DNA of 33,897 nt from Octopus bimaculoides (taxonomy: Eukaryota). A program made the position numbers and the translations under genes. The notes beneath the pieces are model-generated. The model did not search any database and was not told the origin of the DNA. It saw only the letters and a list, made by a program, of their open reading frames with translations. This document shows, piece after piece, positions 33,563 through 33,897 of the stretch. The stretch spans positions 24,543,538 to 24,577,434 of the forward strand of contig NC_068989.1 of NCBI RefSeq assembly GCF_001194135.2, given 5' to 3'. The stretch's first letter is position 1. Each line of letters opens with the position of its first letter.

Positions 33563-33897
33563 CAAAGGACAGCTGCTAGAATAAGAATAGCCTGGGCAAA
33601 GTTTAGAGAGCTCTTACCCCTGCTGGCGACAAAGGGACTCTCACTCAGAGTAAAAGGCAGACTGTATGACGCATGCGTACGAACAGCCATGCTACATGGC
33701 AGTGAAACATGGGCTGTAACTGCTGAGGACATACGTAAGCTCGCAAGGAATGAAGCCAGTATGCTCCATTGGATGTGTAATGTCAATGTGAATACCCGTC
33801 AGAGTGTAAGTATCTTGAGAGAAAAGCTGAACATTAGAAGCATCAGTTGTGGTGTGCAAGAGAGACGATTGCGCTGGTATGGACATGTGGTGAGAAT
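33563..33897 (+). mobile_element. RTE LINE post-RT fragment
   Basis: ARIRIAWAKFRELLPLLATKGLSLRVKGRLYDACVRTAMLHGSETWAVT..RRLRWYGHVVR; runs off the window edge. Confidence 0.9.

Noticed and set aside
1-33897. CRISPR array, rRNA, operon or other prokaryotic system
   Set aside because: No regularly spaced repeat-spacer array or rRNA similarity; the window is intron-rich eukaryotic DNA.

Overview
Repeat-dense eukaryotic DNA (AT-rich, many microsatellites, two N gaps). The SINE and LINE families look like those of octopus genomes, but this taxonomic call is from recall only. One host gene is present: six internal, phase-compatible GT-AG exons on the minus strand (15193-15263, 10168-10350, 8312-8467, 5971-6062, 4365-4496, 1554-1739; 820 nt) that splice into one open frame resembling LRRC9. 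Neither gene end is identified. The rest is a decayed transposon landscape: RTE, L1/Tx1, CR1-group, R4/Dong, another RLE-type, CRE-like and Penelope-like retroelements, tRNA/Nin-core SINEs, a full-length DD34D mariner, a full-length DD36E Tc1-like element, MITEs and a probable non-autonomous Helitron. Most supplied ORFs are microsatellite or transposon artefacts. The most interesting signals lie outside the ORF track: three unrelated type-I hammerhead ribozyme motifs (two in the LRRC9 sense orientation, one downstream of a tRNA-like box in a Penelope tail), a complete tRNA-Thr-like cloverleaf between ~55-bp direct repeats, and several long inverted repeats. I see no evidence for a wholly new protein-coding system.
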